Positions 9,959 to 22,094 are shown, counted from the first letter of the stretch. The stretch: DNA of 64,000 bases from an uncultured Porticoccus sp. (GCA_963974675.1 CAXBDQ010000012.1:6354-70353), one strand, 5' to 3'. Notes: generated by a model from the sequence alone, not told the origin. Translations and numbers: made by a program.

Positions 9959-10509
9959 ATAAATATATTATCTATAAGCAACAGTCTGGCTCCACTTTAA
10001 TCGAAGTTCTTATAGCATTGCTTATCTTTACTATCGGCCTACAGGGTATTGCTTCTATGCAATATCAATCCGTAAAAGATAATTTTGATTCATCACAACG
10101 TAGCTATGGAGTTTGGGCAGCACAAGAACTAATAAGCCGCATTAGGGCCAACCCTGACGCTCGAGACGCTGGAGACTATAATGTCAATGGCAACCCTTGT
10201 GATGGAAGCCTCCCTCCAGCCTACTGTGCTGACAGGGATGGCAGTGGTGCCGCTATCTGCGCACCAAATGAAATGGCTGCTTTTGATATTTGGGAGTCCC
10301 TTTGCCCCACGCCCAATCAGGCCCACAACCAAAACCAAAGCCAACTGTTTAAACCTAATATAGAAATCACCTGTGATGGCGGGGCAACATGTGCAACCGG
10401 CGATCAATTCACTCTCACACTGCAATGGGAATCAAAATCAGTTAGCGATGATGCTACTACCAATGACGCTCTCAAAACTGAGCAATTTCAGCAGGTGTTT
10501 AGACCATGA
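9955..10509 (+). CDS. pilV: Type IV pilus modification protein PilV
   Basis: SG/STLIEVLIALLIFTIGLQGIASMQ; overlaps fimU by 4 bp. Confidence 0.88.
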   Translation: MNKYIIYKQQSGSTLIEVLIALLIFTIGLQGIASMQYQSVKDNFDSSQRSYGVWAAQELISRIRANPDARDAGDYNVNGNPCDGSLPPAYCADRDGSGAAICAPNEMAAFDIWESLCPTPNQAHNQNQSQLFKPNIEITCDGGATCATGDQFTLTLQWESKSVSDDATTNDALKTEQFQQVFRP

Positions 10510-11306
10510 TCAACCTCCCTCACCGCCAGCGGGGTTTATCTCTGATTGAACTAATGATTGCCATGGTGCTTGGTCTCCTACTCATTGCCGGTGCCCTTCA
10601 AATGATGCTGACCTCTCAAACGATTCATCAAACCACAGACACGCTATCCCGCATTCAGGAAAATGGTCGGTTTGCTCTAAGCTTTTTAACCAAGAGTACT
10701 CGAATGGGAGGCTACAACAGCAGCGAAGACGAAGCTACTGAAGGGAAGGTCTTCTGGGATGGAGTCTGTGACACTTCAGGCCCCTGCACGAATAACGGTG
10801 CGGGTAATGCTAGTGATCAAATTGGTGTTCTTCTTGACCCTAGTAATGATAGTGACTGCATAGGAAACCCTGTGGGAGAGGAGGATAAAGTCATCGTTAA
10901 TGTGTATTCCATTGATGGTTCACCAGATAATAACCAAATTAATTCCCTTTACTGTCAAGGATTTGATCCGGTAACAAACTTGCCGTACGGCGCTAAACAA
11001 CCACTAGTGGATGGTGTAGAAAACATGCAAGTACTCTACGGGGTATCTGACCCAGCGGCGAGCAACGCGATCACTAGCTATATCTCCGCTGATGGCGTTA
11101 CGGACTGGGCAAGTATCGGCGCCGTCAGGATTTCCTTGCTAGTCAACAATGGTCAAGTTGAAGGTAGTGGCAATAGTGAAACACGAACCTTTAAACTACT
11201 GGATGCACCGACAATCAGCGCTACCGACAGGCATGAGCGTCAGGTATACACAACCACAACAGCCATTACCAACATCATTTACCAAAGTCAGGATTTTAAC
11301 CAATGA
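10506..11306 (+). CDS. pilW: Type IV pilus assembly protein PilW
   Basis: RG/LSLIELMIAM, RIQENGRFAL, PLVDGVENMQVLYG. Confidence 0.9.
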   Translation: MINLPHRQRGLSLIELMIAMVLGLLLIAGALQMMLTSQTIHQTTDTLSRIQENGRFALSFLTKSTRMGGYNSSEDEATEGKVFWDGVCDTSGPCTNNGAGNASDQIGVLLDPSNDSDCIGNPVGEEDKVIVNVYSIDGSPDNNQINSLYCQGFDPVTNLPYGAKQPLVDGVENMQVLYGVSDPAASNAITSYISADGVTDWASIGAVRISLLVNNGQVEGSGNSETRTFKLLDAPTISATDRHERQVYTTTTAITNIIYQSQDFNQ

Positions 11307-11842
11307 ACTGCTTTGAAGAACCTCACCATACGACCCATGTCAGGGTATATGAGCGTGGAATAAAAGCACAAAGTGGTGCAGTACTTATTGTCTGTCTTGT
11401 CATGTTGACCATTCTAACCATCATTGCCTTGGGGACTATTACTGACACCAACTTACAAGCCAATATGGCCAGAAATAACCAAATCAGCTTACGCGTATTT
11501 AATCTCTCTATGAGCGAATTAAAAGCGCAGTTTCGAGCCTCCGAGAATAACGACCAAATGGATGGCAAGCCGTATTTACAAACACTTTCGAATATTTATC
11601 AAACCGGCTCTACCAAACAAATTCCTCAAGATGACTTGCTTATGGCATCTGCAGGCAATCCACTGAAACAGGACGTTATTATCAGTTTTGTCCGAGAAGG
11701 CAATTGTGGCGGTGGTAACGAAATTGGAAATACTGCGCTTATTTTTGAAATGAACAGCACGGCCTCATTATATGCTGATGGATCAGGTATTAATTCAGAC
11801 CAATCATTTGGTCTCTGCTACCCCAACCCCAACGATCAATAG
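11303..11842 (+). CDS. pilX: Type IV pilus assembly protein PilX
   Basis: QSG/AVLIVCLVMLTILT lacking E5, as typical of PilX; position after pilW. Confidence 0.82.
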   Translation: MNCFEEPHHTTHVRVYERGIKAQSGAVLIVCLVMLTILTIIALGTITDTNLQANMARNNQISLRVFNLSMSELKAQFRASENNDQMDGKPYLQTLSNIYQTGSTKQIPQDDLLMASAGNPLKQDVIISFVREGNCGGGNEIGNTALIFEMNSTASLYADGSGINSDQSFGLCYPNPNDQ

Positions 11843-11886
11843 CAGTAACACTGAGGTAAACATAATTGAATCTAAGGAGAAAAAGT

Positions 11887-12294
11887 ATGGTTAACCATAT
11901 TTCAAAACAAATTATGCATTTTGGTTTGTTCATAATGGTACTACTCAGCTCCACCAATAGCGTAGCCGATGGGGGAATCGTTGTACTAAGTGAAATTCTT
12001 GAGGAAGTTAGAATTACGGTCTCACCTAAACCAGAAACAGCAACGAATACTATTTCAAAGAATCTTAAAAACGCTAAGAAGTCAGCACCTTCTCTTGGTG
12101 CAATTAATTATGAACACGTAGACTGCACCAACTGTGCAACAGGTTCCCTTAGCTACGGCCCACTAACCCAGCTAGTGAATCCTTTCGGTGCCAAAAAACC
12201 CATTGAAGAATTGGAATCCTGGAGCGGTAGTCGTGCCCAAATCCATTATCGAGCAGCTGACAATCACATCGAAAAAATCAAAATTCTGCCTTAA
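11887..12294 (+). CDS. Hypothetical secreted protein with a CxxC motif, possibly PilY2-like
   Basis: RBS aaggag 7 nt upstream; signal peptide ending SVA-D; CTNC; operonic between pilX and pilY1. Confidence 0.7.
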   Translation: MVNHISKQIMHFGLFIMVLLSSTNSVADGGIVVLSEILEEVRITVSPKPETATNTISKNLKNAKKSAPSLGAINYEHVDCTNCATGSLSYGPLTQLVNPFGAKKPIEELESWSGSRAQIHYRAADNHIEKIKILP

Positions 12295-12309
12295 ACAGGA
12301 GGCAATGCT

Positions 12310-15300
12310 ATGAAACACGATAAAAGTTTTCTATACAAACTACCGCTATTTGCTGTGTTCTGCATGTCAGCAAACAGTATTGCCGATGATACAGAAATTT
12401 TTTTCGATCTTGTGCAAACAGCTGACCCCGATGCCTACAAGCCCAATGTGTTATTTATTCTTGATACCTCGGGTAGTATGACGACCAACATCACCACAGT
12501 ATCGCTTGCAACGACCTATGACCCATCTACATCCTATGGCAGCTCACCGGATACAAATATATACGGTTACACCGAAGACTTATCCTCATTCACAACTGTA
12601 CTGAAAACAGAGGTAAGCTGTCAGGCCATGCTTGACAAAATCGATGTCAGTGCTGCTACTTTTGATGCCAATAACCCGACATACACTGGCAAAACTGCCA
12701 GTTACTCTTCCTACTGGAATGACTGGTCTGCTTTTGGGTGGTGGTCTGGAGGCCGTGAAGACTACCTTGAATGTGAGGAAGATGAAGGTGTTCACGGTCA
12801 AACCGATGCAACTAACCCTTACACTGCTATCACAGGGGGGATCACATTACACAGTACAGGAAATTATTATAATGGTGTTCCTACCAGCCCCTATAGCAGT
12901 AGCGCAGGCTCAAGTATTGATTGGTCATTAATGCAGACCAACACCTTCGTTTCGGCCAACTATCACGATTTTCTGCAAAGTAATTTACTGACAAGCACTG
13001 ATACAAGAAGCAATGTAATGAAGGCGGCCGCCATAAATCTGGTAAATAATTTTACTGGACTAAATCTAGGTCTGATGCGCTTCGATGGCAATAATGGTGG
13101 CTATGTCCTCCATCACTTCTCAAATATCGAAACAGATAGTGCTAGCATTATTGCAAGTATCAATGCACTAAACGCCTCAGGCAACACCCCCTTGGCTGAA
13201 ACCCTTTGGGAAGCCAATCGTTATTTTGAGGGTTCAAGCGTCGACTATGGTACCAATAGTAACCGTGATCCAGCTGCTGTATCTAGTGGCAACTATAATA
13301 CCCCGATGAGCGGAAATACCGCAGTTGATTGCCAGTCAAACTATGTGGTTTATTTGACCGATGGCCAACCTACTAGTGATAGCGGTAGAGATACCCAGAT
13401 TTCCGCATTGGGACAAGGCACTTGTAGCCATACCGGTGGCACTACAGCAGATAGCTCCTGCCTTGATGAAATGTCCGCCTATATGGCCAGCCATGATTAC
13501 AATAACGTTCTTGATGGCGTACAGTCCGTCAAAACCTACACTATTGGCTTCAATATTGACCTGCCACTGCTTGAAGCAACAGCCACAGGTCGAACCGCCT
13601 CGAATAAAGGTGGTTACTTCACAGCAAATAACAGCGCAGAACTGAACGACGCGTTCACCCAGATTCTGACAGAAATAGAACAAACCTCCACCACGTTTGT
13701 AGCACCGGCAGTCTCGGTGAATGCCTTCAATTCCCTCCAGCATCGAAATGAAGTCTATTACGCATTGTTTGAGCCAAATGTATTCCCTCGCTGGAGAGGT
13801 AATATTAAAAAATACAAAATTAATAGTAATGGTGCCATTTTGGATCAAGGTTTAGCCCCAGATAATGCCCCTATTCCTTCGACCCTAAAGAAAGACGATA
13901 TTATTGACGATACAACGGGCTACTTTGATGATAATGCACTAAGTTTCTGGACTGAGGCTGCTGATCTTCCCGTTGATGCAGACGGTGCTGACGGAGCCAA
14001 TGCTTCATACGGTGGCGCCGCCAGTAAGCTTACTACAACCAGGACTGTTTATACTGTTGCCGGAGATGCTTCGCTCTCCAATATTAGCCTGAAGACTGAA
14101 GATAATACGGTCTCATCTGACCTTTCCAAAACCGCCATTTCTAATCTGTTATACGGTATTGATGAATCTTTATATTCTAGCCAGGCTGAAATTGATACTG
14201 TCCGCCAAGGTCTCACATCATGGATATTAGGTGTTGATGTCAAAGACCTTGATGGGGATGGCGATGTCACCGAGGCAAGCCACTTTATATCGGACCCGCT
14301 ACACTCCAGACCAAGTGTCGTCACATATTCTGGCACCCAAAGTGACCCAAACGACTCGTCTACCCAAGTATTAGATGACACATTATTTTCGATGGATAAT
14401 GCGGGAGCCTTCCGCGCTATTAATGCCAAAACGGGCATAGAACTATTTGCATTTATTCCACAGCAGTTACTTTCAAATCATAAGACCTATTATGACAATG
14501 ATCCCAACGGAACCCGTGTTTATGGTCTAGATGGTCCACTCACTATCTGGCGCCAAGAAAGTACCGATGAAGATATTAATATAGAAAGCAGTGACGGTGA
14601 CCATGTCTATGCCTATTTTGGCATGCGTCGTGGCGGCAATAACTACTATGCCATGGATGTCACGGATAGGAATAATCCAAAATTAATGTGGACCATTTTG
14701 GGTGGCGTTACGACAGGCTTTAGCGACCTGGCTCAAACCTGGTCACGCCCTATTCTTCGCAAGGTAAATTGGAAATGTGACACCAACGGAGACAATTGCG
14801 AAACCAAGCAAGTGCTGTTCTTTACCGGAGGTTACGATACCGTACATGACACAGCCACAGCGGCCTCAGATACCACTGGCGCTAAAGGCGGAGCCATCTA
14901 TATGGTTGATGCAGAAACTGGCTCTTTGCTCTGGTCTGCAGGTGATAACAGTACCAGCAGTGATACCCATGACCTTCACCTTCCACTAGGCAACAGCATA
15001 CCTGGCGATCTTACAGTGGCCGACATGGATGGTGATGAAGCCCCAGACATCCTGTTTGCCACAGATATTCTAGGACATGTGTGGAGAATTGACTTCGATG
15101 ATGAGAATCAAGCATCAAATTTTGCAAATATTGCACAAAACCCTAGCGGTAAAGGGGAAATAGCAAACCTAACGGATGGAAGCCAATTCCGTAGATTCTA
15201 TATAGGCCCGACCGTATCGCTATCACAAAAGCGTGGACGTCCACCCTTCTTTGTATTAACCATGGGAACAGGTCTCCTTGCGCACCCCATAGATAACACT

Positions 15301-15849
15301 GTAGAGGATCGCCTTTATGCACTTTTCGAATACAATGTATTTGGACCACCCAAGGATAGCAATGGAGACATTACCTATACAGCGATAGATAACTCCGCTC
15401 TATTTAATATGACCTCCTCGGCTAGCGGCCCTGCGGACCCTCAAGGTAATGCACCTTATGGTTTCTATAAAGATGCAACTGCAGATGGCGAGAAATTCTT
15501 GAGACGCGCGCTTACCCAACAAGGCTTTACCATTTACACTTCCTATATACCGAAAGGTGTTGCTGTAACTACAAGCAACTCAAGTTGTGGGGCAGCAGAA
15601 CTTGGCACCAGTAGACTGTTTGCTATGAATTTTGTCACTGGCGTGAGTGCTTATACAGGTGAGTACATAAACCTTAACCACCCAGGAATATCAGCCGACC
15701 CAGTGACACTTTTCATCGAAGATGAAGATACTGGGACTACCGAAACAATTCTTTGTTTAGGCACCGAATGTTTTAATCCAGATGATGAGCAAAATCCCTT
15801 TGGTGAAGTTACGACTCAAATTCTTTACTGGAGAGAGAATACCCAATGA
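12310..15849 (+). CDS. pilY1: Type IV pilus tip adhesin PilY1 (vWA domain plus beta-propeller)
   Basis: Signal peptide, PNVLFILDTSGSM, TPLAETL, LTDGQP, DPLHSRP, YGLDGPLT, GMRRGG, QTWSRP. Confidence 0.9.
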   Translation: MKHDKSFLYKLPLFAVFCMSANSIADDTEIFFDLVQTADPDAYKPNVLFILDTSGSMTTNITTVSLATTYDPSTSYGSSPDTNIYGYTEDLSSFTTVLKTEVSCQAMLDKIDVSAATFDANNPTYTGKTASYSSYWNDWSAFGWWSGGREDYLECEEDEGVHGQTDATNPYTAITGGITLHSTGNYYNGVPTSPYSSSAGSSIDWSLMQTNTFVSANYHDFLQSNLLTSTDTRSNVMKAAAINLVNNFTGLNLGLMRFDGNNGGYVLHHFSNIETDSASIIASINALNASGNTPLAETLWEANRYFEGSSVDYGTNSNRDPAAVSSGNYNTPMSGNTAVDCQSNYVVYLTDGQPTSDSGRDTQISALGQGTCSHTGGTTADSSCLDEMSAYMASHDYNNVLDGVQSVKTYTIGFNIDLPLLEATATGRTASNKGGYFTANNSAELNDAFTQILTEIEQTSTTFVAPAVSVNAFNSLQHRNEVYYALFEPNVFPRWRGNIKKYKINSNGAILDQGLAPDNAPIPSTLKKDDIIDDTTGYFDDNALSFWTEAADLPVDADGADGANASYGGAASKLTTTRTVYTVAGDASLSNISLKTEDNTVSSDLSKTAISNLLYGIDESLYSSQAEIDTVRQGLTSWILGVDVKDLDGDGDVTEASHFISDPLHSRPSVVTYSGTQSDPNDSSTQVLDDTLFSMDNAGAFRAINAKTGIELFAFIPQQLLSNHKTYYDNDPNGTRVYGLDGPLTIWRQESTDEDINIESSDGDHVYAYFGMRRGGNNYYAMDVTDRNNPKLMWTILGGVTTGFSDLAQTWSRPILRKVNWKCDTNGDNCETKQVLFFTGGYDTVHDTATAASDTTGAKGGAIYMVDAETGSLLWSAGDNSTSSDTHDLHLPLGNSIPGDLTVADMDGDEAPDILFATDILGHVWRIDFDDENQASNFANIAQNPSGKGEIANLTDGSQFRRFYIGPTVSLSQKRGRPPFFVLTMGTGLLAHPIDNTVEDRLYALFEYNVFGPPKDSNGDITYTAIDNSALFNMTSSASGPADPQGNAPYGFYKDATADGEKFLRRALTQQGFTIYTSYIPKGVAVTTSNSSCGAAELGTSRLFAMNFVTGVSAYTGEYINLNHPGISADPVTLFIEDEDTGTTETILCLGTECFNPDDEQNPFGEVTTQILYWRENTQ

Positions 15850-16259
15850 AAAAATATCAAAGAGGTATGTCTCTAATTGAACTGGTAATTGTGATTGCTA
15901 TTATTGGCATTCTCGTTGCGACAGCATACCCTTCTTATAGAGAGCATATCATAAAAACAAGAAAAACAGATGCCGTGGCATTGATCAATAAAGTGATACA
16001 GGCACAAGAGCGATATTTTGTGAATACTCTAACCTATACTACTGATTTAACTGTTCTGGGATTTTCTAGCGCGAGTGATTTTCCGAGTGACGAAGGGCAT
16101 TACCTAGTGAGCGCTGAAGCGTGTGGGGGAGGCATTGCTGAATGTGTCAATATTACTGCCGATGCTCAAGCCTCGCAGAACACAGGAACACCTGCTGACG
16201 ATAACCTTGCACTTAACAGCCAAGGAACAAAAGCCGGGAAATGGCCTAACGATCGTTAG
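15846..16259 (+). CDS. pilE: Type IV minor pilin PilE
   Basis: RG/MSLIELVIVIAIIGILVATAYPSY, RKTDA, QERYF. Confidence 0.9.
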   Translation: MKKYQRGMSLIELVIVIAIIGILVATAYPSYREHIIKTRKTDAVALINKVIQAQERYFVNTLTYTTDLTVLGFSSASDFPSDEGHYLVSAEACGGGIAECVNITADAQASQNTGTPADDNLALNSQGTKAGKWPNDR

Positions 16260-16273
16260 CTCTTTTTCCACTT

Positions 16274-16306
16274 AAAAAAAAACCCCGGAATTTTCCGGGG
16301 TTTTTT
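16274..16306. terminator. Bidirectional terminator between pilE and ispH
   Basis: A9-ccccggaa-tt-ttccgggg-T6. Confidence 0.9.
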
Positions 16307-16338
16307 GCGCCACATAAACACTTTGTAAATTTTAGCTA

Positions 16339-17274
16339 TTAACGCAATTCCCTCGGCATAGAAAAACGTATATTTTCTTCTCTTCCCTCAATTTCTTTGG
16401 CGGTTTCTGCACCCATTGTCTTTAAGGTTTCAACAACATCCTGAACGAGAATTTCTGGGGCCGACGCTCCCGCTGTCACTCCAACCACACTCTTTCCCGC
16501 CAACCAATTTACATTGATATCTTCTGCGCTATCTATCAAGTGAGCCTTGGCACCACAACGCTCTGCCAATTCACGTAAGCGATTGGAATTCGAACTATTG
16601 GGCGAACCCACAACCAACACTAGATCACACTCGAGAGCCAATTGTTTCACCGCATCCTGACGGTTCTGTGTGGCGTAACAAATATCATCTTTTTTCGGTC
16701 CTTGTATAGAAGGAAAACGCTGCCGTAACGCGTCAATCACCCGAGCGGTATCGTCCATGGATAAGGTTGTTTGGGTCACGTAAGCCAGGTTTTTGGGGTG
16801 CTTCACTTGTAACTTGGCCACATCAGATTCATTTTCTACTAAATAAATCTGCCCATCGGAGCCGTTACGATATTGCCCCATTGTACCTTCAACTTCAGGG
16901 TGCCCCTGATGGCCAATCAAGACACATTCACACCCTTCTCGGCTATAACGCACGACTTCCATATGCACCTTCGTCACCAAAGGACACGTAGCATCAAAAA
17001 TTCTCAAATTACGTACTTCAGCTTCTTTTCTGACCGTCTGGGAAACGCCATGAGCACTGAAAATTACAATCACATCATCGGGAATTTCATGGAGTTCATC
17101 GACAAAAATGGCCCCCCGCTCCCGCAGAGAGTCCACCACAAATTTGTTGTGCACCACTTCGTGACGTACATAGATAGGGGCACCAAAAATATCCAGTGCA
17201 CGATTGACGATATCAATGGCACGATCAACCCCTGCGCAAAACCCCCGTGGATTAGCTAGCCTAATATCCATCAA
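16339..17274 (-). CDS. ispH: 4-hydroxy-3-methylbut-2-enyl diphosphate reductase
   Basis: [43 protein letters not shown]. Confidence 0.98.
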   Translation of the reverse strand: MMDIRLANPRGFCAGVDRAIDIVNRALDIFGAPIYVRHEVVHNKFVVDSLRERGAIFVDELHEIPDDVIVIFSAHGVSQTVRKEAEVRNLRIFDATCPLVTKVHMEVVRYSREGCECVLIGHQGHPEVEGTMGQYRNGSDGQIYLVENESDVAKLQVKHPKNLAYVTQTTLSMDDTARVIDALRQRFPSIQGPKKDDICYATQNRQDAVKQLALECDLVLVVGSPNSSNSNRLRELAERCGAKAHLIDSAEDINVNWLAGKSVVGVTAGASAPEILVQDVVETLKTMGAETAKEIEGREENIRFSMPRELR

Positions 17275-17768
17275 TGGGTAACCGCTGGCACCACGGAAAG
17301 AATTTTTACTTTGAAGCTAATAGTATGACCCGCTAGTGGGTGATTGAAATCAATCGTTACTGTTTCTTCATCAGCTTCAATGACTACACCAGGCAGTTCG
17401 GCTCGGTTTGCATCAGCAAAGGAGAGCATTAACCCTGGCTCCACACCTAATTCTTCATCGAACTCTTTGCGGGAAAACTGCTGAATATTGCTTGGATTAT
17501 GTTGCCCAAAACCTTTTTCAGGCTGTATAGAAAATACTTCTTCTGCACCAGACTTCAGTCCAGTCAAGACAGTCTCAAACCCTGGCAATAAACTACCGTC
17601 ACCAAACGTACAGGTAGCAGGATCGGCCCCGAAATTAGAGTCCACTAAGGAGCCATCTTCCAACGAAAGTGAAAAATGCAGGGTTATTTTTGTGTCTGGC
17701 CCAACAGGAAGTGAATCCATCTCAGAAAAATGGGCGTCAGATGAAGAAGAATCAGATAAATCAGTCAT
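17271..17768 (-). CDS. fkpB: FKBP-type peptidyl-prolyl isomerase (SlpA/FkpB)
   Basis: [31 protein letters not shown]; lspA-fkpB-ispH order. Confidence 0.93.
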   Translation of the reverse strand: MTDLSDSSSSDAHFSEMDSLPVGPDTKITLHFSLSLEDGSLVDSNFGADPATCTFGDGSLLPGFETVLTGLKSGAEEVFSIQPEKGFGQHNPSNIQQFSRKEFDEELGVEPGLMLSFADANRAELPGVVIEADEETVTIDFNHPLAGHTISFKVKILSVVPAVTH

Positions 17769-17772
17769 GGTA

Positions 17773-18258
17773 TCAATCCATTTTACGCTGTTTTGGTGCC
17801 AACAGGCTTTCCAAAATCAATAACACAGCACCCAAAGTAATCGCGGCATCAGCCACATTAAACGCGGGCCAATGATGCTGTTGATAATGAGCATCGACAA
17901 AATCGACCACATAACCCAACAAAATTCGATCACATAAATTACCGAGTGCGCCACCCAAAATTAAAGCTATAGCCATCGCCAACAAACACTGACGGCTTGG
18001 CAATCGGTACAACCAAACCACCAAAACTGTGCTCACCACCATTGAAATGATGGCAAAAAACCAACGCTGCCAACCTCCCGCATCACTTAGAAAGCTAAAA
18101 GCTGCTCCCATATTGTGTACTAAGGTCAAATTTAGAACGGGCAATAGCTCAAGAGTTTCACCATAAACAAATATTTGAGTAACCCAATACTTGGTTAGTT
18201 GATCAATAACAATGATAAACAACGCCAACAAGTACCAACGGCCTAGCTGCCAACTCAC
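17773..18258 (-). CDS. lspA: Lipoprotein signal peptidase II
   Basis: DQLTKY, HNMGAAFSFL, GALGNLCDR, VVDF, FNVAD; GTG start. Confidence 0.96.
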   Translation of the reverse strand: MSWQLGRWYLLALFIIVIDQLTKYWVTQIFVYGETLELLPVLNLTLVHNMGAAFSFLSDAGGWQRWFFAIISMVVSTVLVVWLYRLPSRQCLLAMAIALILGGALGNLCDRILLGYVVDFVDAHYQQHHWPAFNVADAAITLGAVLLILESLLAPKQRKMD

Positions 18259-18303
18259 AACAACTTACCAAACAAATAAACTTCAGATAAATAAGTGCTA
18301 GTT

Positions 18304-21114
18304 TTAAGCATAGAAACGCTGCTCACCTTCACCCTCTACATTCTCAATACAACGGCCACAAAGCTCAGGGTGTTCAGTATCAGCACCCACATCTTCACGA
18401 TGGTGCCAACAACGATCACATTTAGCATGCATTGTTTTAACGACACTCACCTGTAGCCCTTCGATTTCCGTTGACTCTGTATCAACAGCTTCCGTAATAG
18501 GTTTGATTTCAGCCGCAGAGGTTATCAATACAAATTTTAATTCATCACCCAGTTTGCCCAGTGCCTTCCGCAATTCACCATCGGCATAAACCGTCACTTC
18601 CGCTTCAAGTGATTTCTGAATACCGACATCCTTCTTGCCCTCCAGTACTTTGTTGACGGCGTGTCGTGCTTCAGCAATCAATGCCCAATCACTTGCTGTA
18701 ATCACCGATCCTTCCACAGAGGGCAACTCTTTCCATTCAGCAAAGAATACCGAGGCTTCCCGATCTCCTGGGATAAACGACCAAATTTCTTCTGCCGTAA
18801 AGCTCAGTATCGGTGCAATCCAACGGGCAAATGAATCGACAATATAATAAATAGCGGTTTGTGCAGAACGTCGAGCCAGTGAATTTTCCTGACAGGTGTA
18901 TTGGCGGTCTTTGATGATGTTCAAATAAAATCCACCCATATCCGTCACACAGAAGTTATGTAGCTTCTGATAAATATGATGGAACTGGTAGTTTTCATAA
19001 GCAGCTAGAATGTCTCGTTGCATATTAGCGACACAATCCACCGCCCAGCGATCCAATGCCAACATCTCGTCCATGGGCACCAAGTTTTTGGCAGGATCAA
19101 AGCCATTTAAGTTCGAAAGGAAGAAGCGTGCCGTATTGCGAATTCTGCGATAGGAATCTCCAGTTCGCTTAAGAATTTCATCGGAAACACTCATCTCACC
19201 ACTGAAATCTGTTGCAGCCACCCACAAACGCAGTACATCGGCACCCTGATCATTCACCACCTTCTGTGGTGACATGACATTACCGATGGATTTAGACATT
19301 TTACGGCCATCAGCATCCACCACAAAGCCATGAGTCAGTACTGCCTTGTAGGGCGCATTACCTTTGATAGCTATCGCTGTTTTCAGCGAGGACTGAAACC
19401 ATCCACGATGTTGATCGGAACCTTCCAGATATAAGTCGGCTGGATACTGTAATTGTTCTCGAACATCCAATACCGCTGCATGGGTGATACCAGAGTCAAA
19501 CCAAACATCTAGCGTATCCGTCACTTTACTGTACTGGTCCGCGTCATCGCCAAGCAACTCGGTGGCATCCAGTTCATACCAGGCATCTATTCCACCTTGC
19601 TCCACGCGGGATGCTACGGCCTCAACCAATGTCGGGGTATCAGGGTGAATTTCTCCTGTTATTTTATGAACAAACAAAGCAATGGGGACACCCCAGGTAC
19701 GCTGACGAGAGATACACCAATCCGGACTATTCTCCAACATCCCTTCAATCCGAGCCTGACCCCATTCTGGGTGCCAGGACACGCCTTTAATGGCTTGCTT
19801 AGCCTTTGCCAACAAACCATTTTGACTCATGCTGATAAACCACTGGGGTGTTGCCCGATAAATTAGTGGCGTTTTGGTCCGCCAGCAATGGGCATAGCTA
19901 TGAGTGATTTTGTTATTGGACAGTAATCGGCCATTGTCTTTTAACAGAGCAACTACCTGCTCATCGACCTTGTAAACATGCTCCCCTGCAAACCGTTCCA
20001 CATCTTCACGGAACACGCCGTTATCATCAATATAATTGAGAGTACCAATGTCATACTTAGCAGCGACTACAAAGTCATCCACACCGTGATCCGGTGCCGT
20101 ATGAACACAACCTGTTCCAGCCTCAGTGGTGACATGATCGCCCAGAATGACAGGGACCTGTCGATGATAGAAAGGATGTTGTAGCAACACTCGATCAAGT
20201 TTTTCGCCTTTTACTCGGCCTACTACTTGAGATTCAGCTATACCCCAACGCGCTAGAACAGATTCAACCAATGCCTCAGCCATTAGGTATCGACCAGCAC
20301 CCAGCCCTTCAGGCTCACACTGCACTAACACATAATCCAGTTCTGCATTCAGACTAACCGCCTGATTTGAAGGCAACGTCCAAGGGGTTGTGGTCCAAAT
20401 AACGACCGAAATATCACCCTCACCGGTCACGCCACCCATTGCATTTACAAAAGCATCCACATCAGCAACGAGAAAAGCCACATCAATCGAGAAAGAGGTT
20501 TTGTCCTGATACTCCACTTCGGCTTCAGCCAGTGCCGACGCCCCGACCACGCTCCAGTACACTGGCTTATAACCTTTGACCAAGTGGCCATTTTCAACCA
20601 CTTTACCCAGCGCACGAATAATATTCGCTTCGAAATTATTATCCATGGTGAGATAAGGGTTATCCCATTCACCCATGACGCCAAGACGGATAAAGTCCTT
20701 CATCTGGCCATCGACCTGACGACGAGCATATTCACGACATTTCTGACGAAAGGTTTTATGGTCTACCTTAACGCCCGCTTTACCAATTTTCTTTTCGACC
20801 TGATGCTCAATGGGCAATCCATGACAATCCCACCCCGGCACATAAGGCGCATCGTAACCACTGAGGCTTCGAGACTTAACTACAATGTCCTTCAACACTT
20901 TGTTAACGGAATGGCCGATATGAATATTACCGTTGGCATAGGGAGGGCCATCGTGCAGGATAAATTTCTCTCTACCTTTACGCTGCCCACGCAACTGTTC
21001 GTAGACTTTATCTTCCTGCCATTTCTTCAGCATGCCCGGTTCCCGCTGGGCCAAGTTGGCCTTCATAGGGAACTCTGTAAAGGGTAAATTCAGGGTTGAT
21101 TTGTAGTCAGTCAT
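18304..21114 (-). CDS. ileS: Isoleucine--tRNA ligase
   Basis: [21 protein letters not shown]-terminal zinc finger CDRC...CGRC; start set at MTDYKSTL. Confidence 0.98.
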   Translation of the reverse strand: MTDYKSTLNLPFTEFPMKANLAQREPGMLKKWQEDKVYEQLRGQRKGREKFILHDGPPYANGNIHIGHSVNKVLKDIVVKSRSLSGYDAPYVPGWDCHGLPIEHQVEKKIGKAGVKVDHKTFRQKCREYARRQVDGQMKDFIRLGVMGEWDNPYLTMDNNFEANIIRALGKVVENGHLVKGYKPVYWSVVGASALAEAEVEYQDKTSFSIDVAFLVADVDAFVNAMGGVTGEGDISVVIWTTTPWTLPSNQAVSLNAELDYVLVQCEPEGLGAGRYLMAEALVESVLARWGIAESQVVGRVKGEKLDRVLLQHPFYHRQVPVILGDHVTTEAGTGCVHTAPDHGVDDFVVAAKYDIGTLNYIDDNGVFREDVERFAGEHVYKVDEQVVALLKDNGRLLSNNKITHSYAHCWRTKTPLIYRATPQWFISMSQNGLLAKAKQAIKGVSWHPEWGQARIEGMLENSPDWCISRQRTWGVPIALFVHKITGEIHPDTPTLVEAVASRVEQGGIDAWYELDATELLGDDADQYSKVTDTLDVWFDSGITHAAVLDVREQLQYPADLYLEGSDQHRGWFQSSLKTAIAIKGNAPYKAVLTHGFVVDADGRKMSKSIGNVMSPQKVVNDQGADVLRLWVAATDFSGEMSVSDEILKRTGDSYRRIRNTARFFLSNLNGFDPAKNLVPMDEMLALDRWAVDCVANMQRDILAAYENYQFHHIYQKLHNFCVTDMGGFYLNIIKDRQYTCQENSLARRSAQTAIYYIVDSFARWIAPILSFTAEEIWSFIPGDREASVFFAEWKELPSVEGSVITASDWALIAEARHAVNKVLEGKKDVGIQKSLEAEVTVYADGELRKALGKLGDELKFVLITSAAEIKPITEAVDTESTEIEGLQVSVVKTMHAKCDRCWHHREDVGADTEHPELCGRCIENVEGEGEQRFYA

Positions 21115-21119
21115 TTCTC

Positions 21120-22094
21120 TCAAACATCTTTTATTTGCTCGGCAAAATATTCCCGGGCCACTGTAATATCGTTATGAATTTCTTCTACCATCATATCCAG
21201 AGAAGCAAACTTGGCCTCCTCCCGAACTTTGGCTTTAAACTCCACCTGGATTCTCCGTCCATAGAGCTGCTCGTCAAAGTCCAGCAAATGGACCTCAAGA
21301 ACAGGCTTAATCAAATCGCCCACCGTGGGCCGAACACCCACGTTTGCCACACCGGGCAAACAGCGGTCACCCAGCAACACTTCTACCACATAGACACCAC
21401 TCAATGGTGCCCGGTATCGGTTCAACTGGACATTAGCAGTGGGAATACCCAACTGCCTACCAAGTTGTTGGCCATAAACCACGCGGCCTGTAATCCTGAA
21501 TGGCTTACCTAACAATGTCTCAGCTAATGAAAAGTCAGCCTGCTCTAGCGCATGGCGAATACGTGTACTGCTAATACGCTCGCCCTGATATTCCAAAGTA
21601 TGGGTATCCAGTACCTCAAAACCCTGCTGCTTACCAACCCGCTCTAATAACTGGTGATTACCGCTACGATCATGGCCAAATCGGAAATCATCGCCCACCA
21701 CTAGGCAACGAATAGCCAAACCAGAAATCAGTACTTGATCAATAAAATCCATGGCCGACAGACTGCGTAGTGAGCGGTTGAATTGAAGGCAAAAAACCTG
21801 ATCAACTCCTGCTTCAATAAACGCTTCAACCTTTTCCCGCAAACGCATCAATCGAGCTGGCGCTTGCTCACCAGAGAAAAACTCTTGGGGCTGCGGCTCA
21901 AAGATCATCACCACTGATGGCAAACCAAGCTCAGCAGCCTTATCAATCAACTGTTGAAGGATTGCCCGATGCCCACGATGAACACCATCAAAAGAGCCAA
22001 TGGTTGCAACACAACCACCCTGGCTAGGCTTCAAATTATGCAAGCCACGAATAAACTGTTTCTTTTCTTCGATCACTTGCTGCCGACATCGCAA
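21120..22094 (-). CDS. ribF: Bifunctional riboflavin kinase / FAD synthetase
   Basis: [43 protein letters not shown]; true start may be the GTG at 22076. Confidence 0.96.
   Translation of the reverse strand: MRCRQQVIEEKKQFIRGLHNLKPSQGGCVATIGSFDGVHRGHRAILQQLIDKAAELGLPSVVMIFEPQPQEFFSGEQAPARLMRLREKVEAFIEAGVDQVFCLQFNRSLRSLSAMDFIDQVLISGLAIRCLVVGDDFRFGHDRSGNHQLLERVGKQQGFEVLDTHTLEYQGERISSTRIRHALEQADFSLAETLLGKPFRITGRVVYGQQLGRQLGIPTANVQLNRYRAPLSGVYVVEVLLGDRCLPGVANVGVRPTVGDLIKPVLEVHLLDFDEQLYGRRIQVEFKAKVREEAKFASLDMMVEEIHNDITVAREYFAEQIKDV

Noticed and set aside
13336-13848. 170-aa minus-strand ORF
   Set aside because: Antisense to pilY1 with no motif or RBS support
20584-21087. 167-aa plus-strand ORF
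   Set aside because: Antisense to ileS with no recognizable motifs; typical shadow ORF
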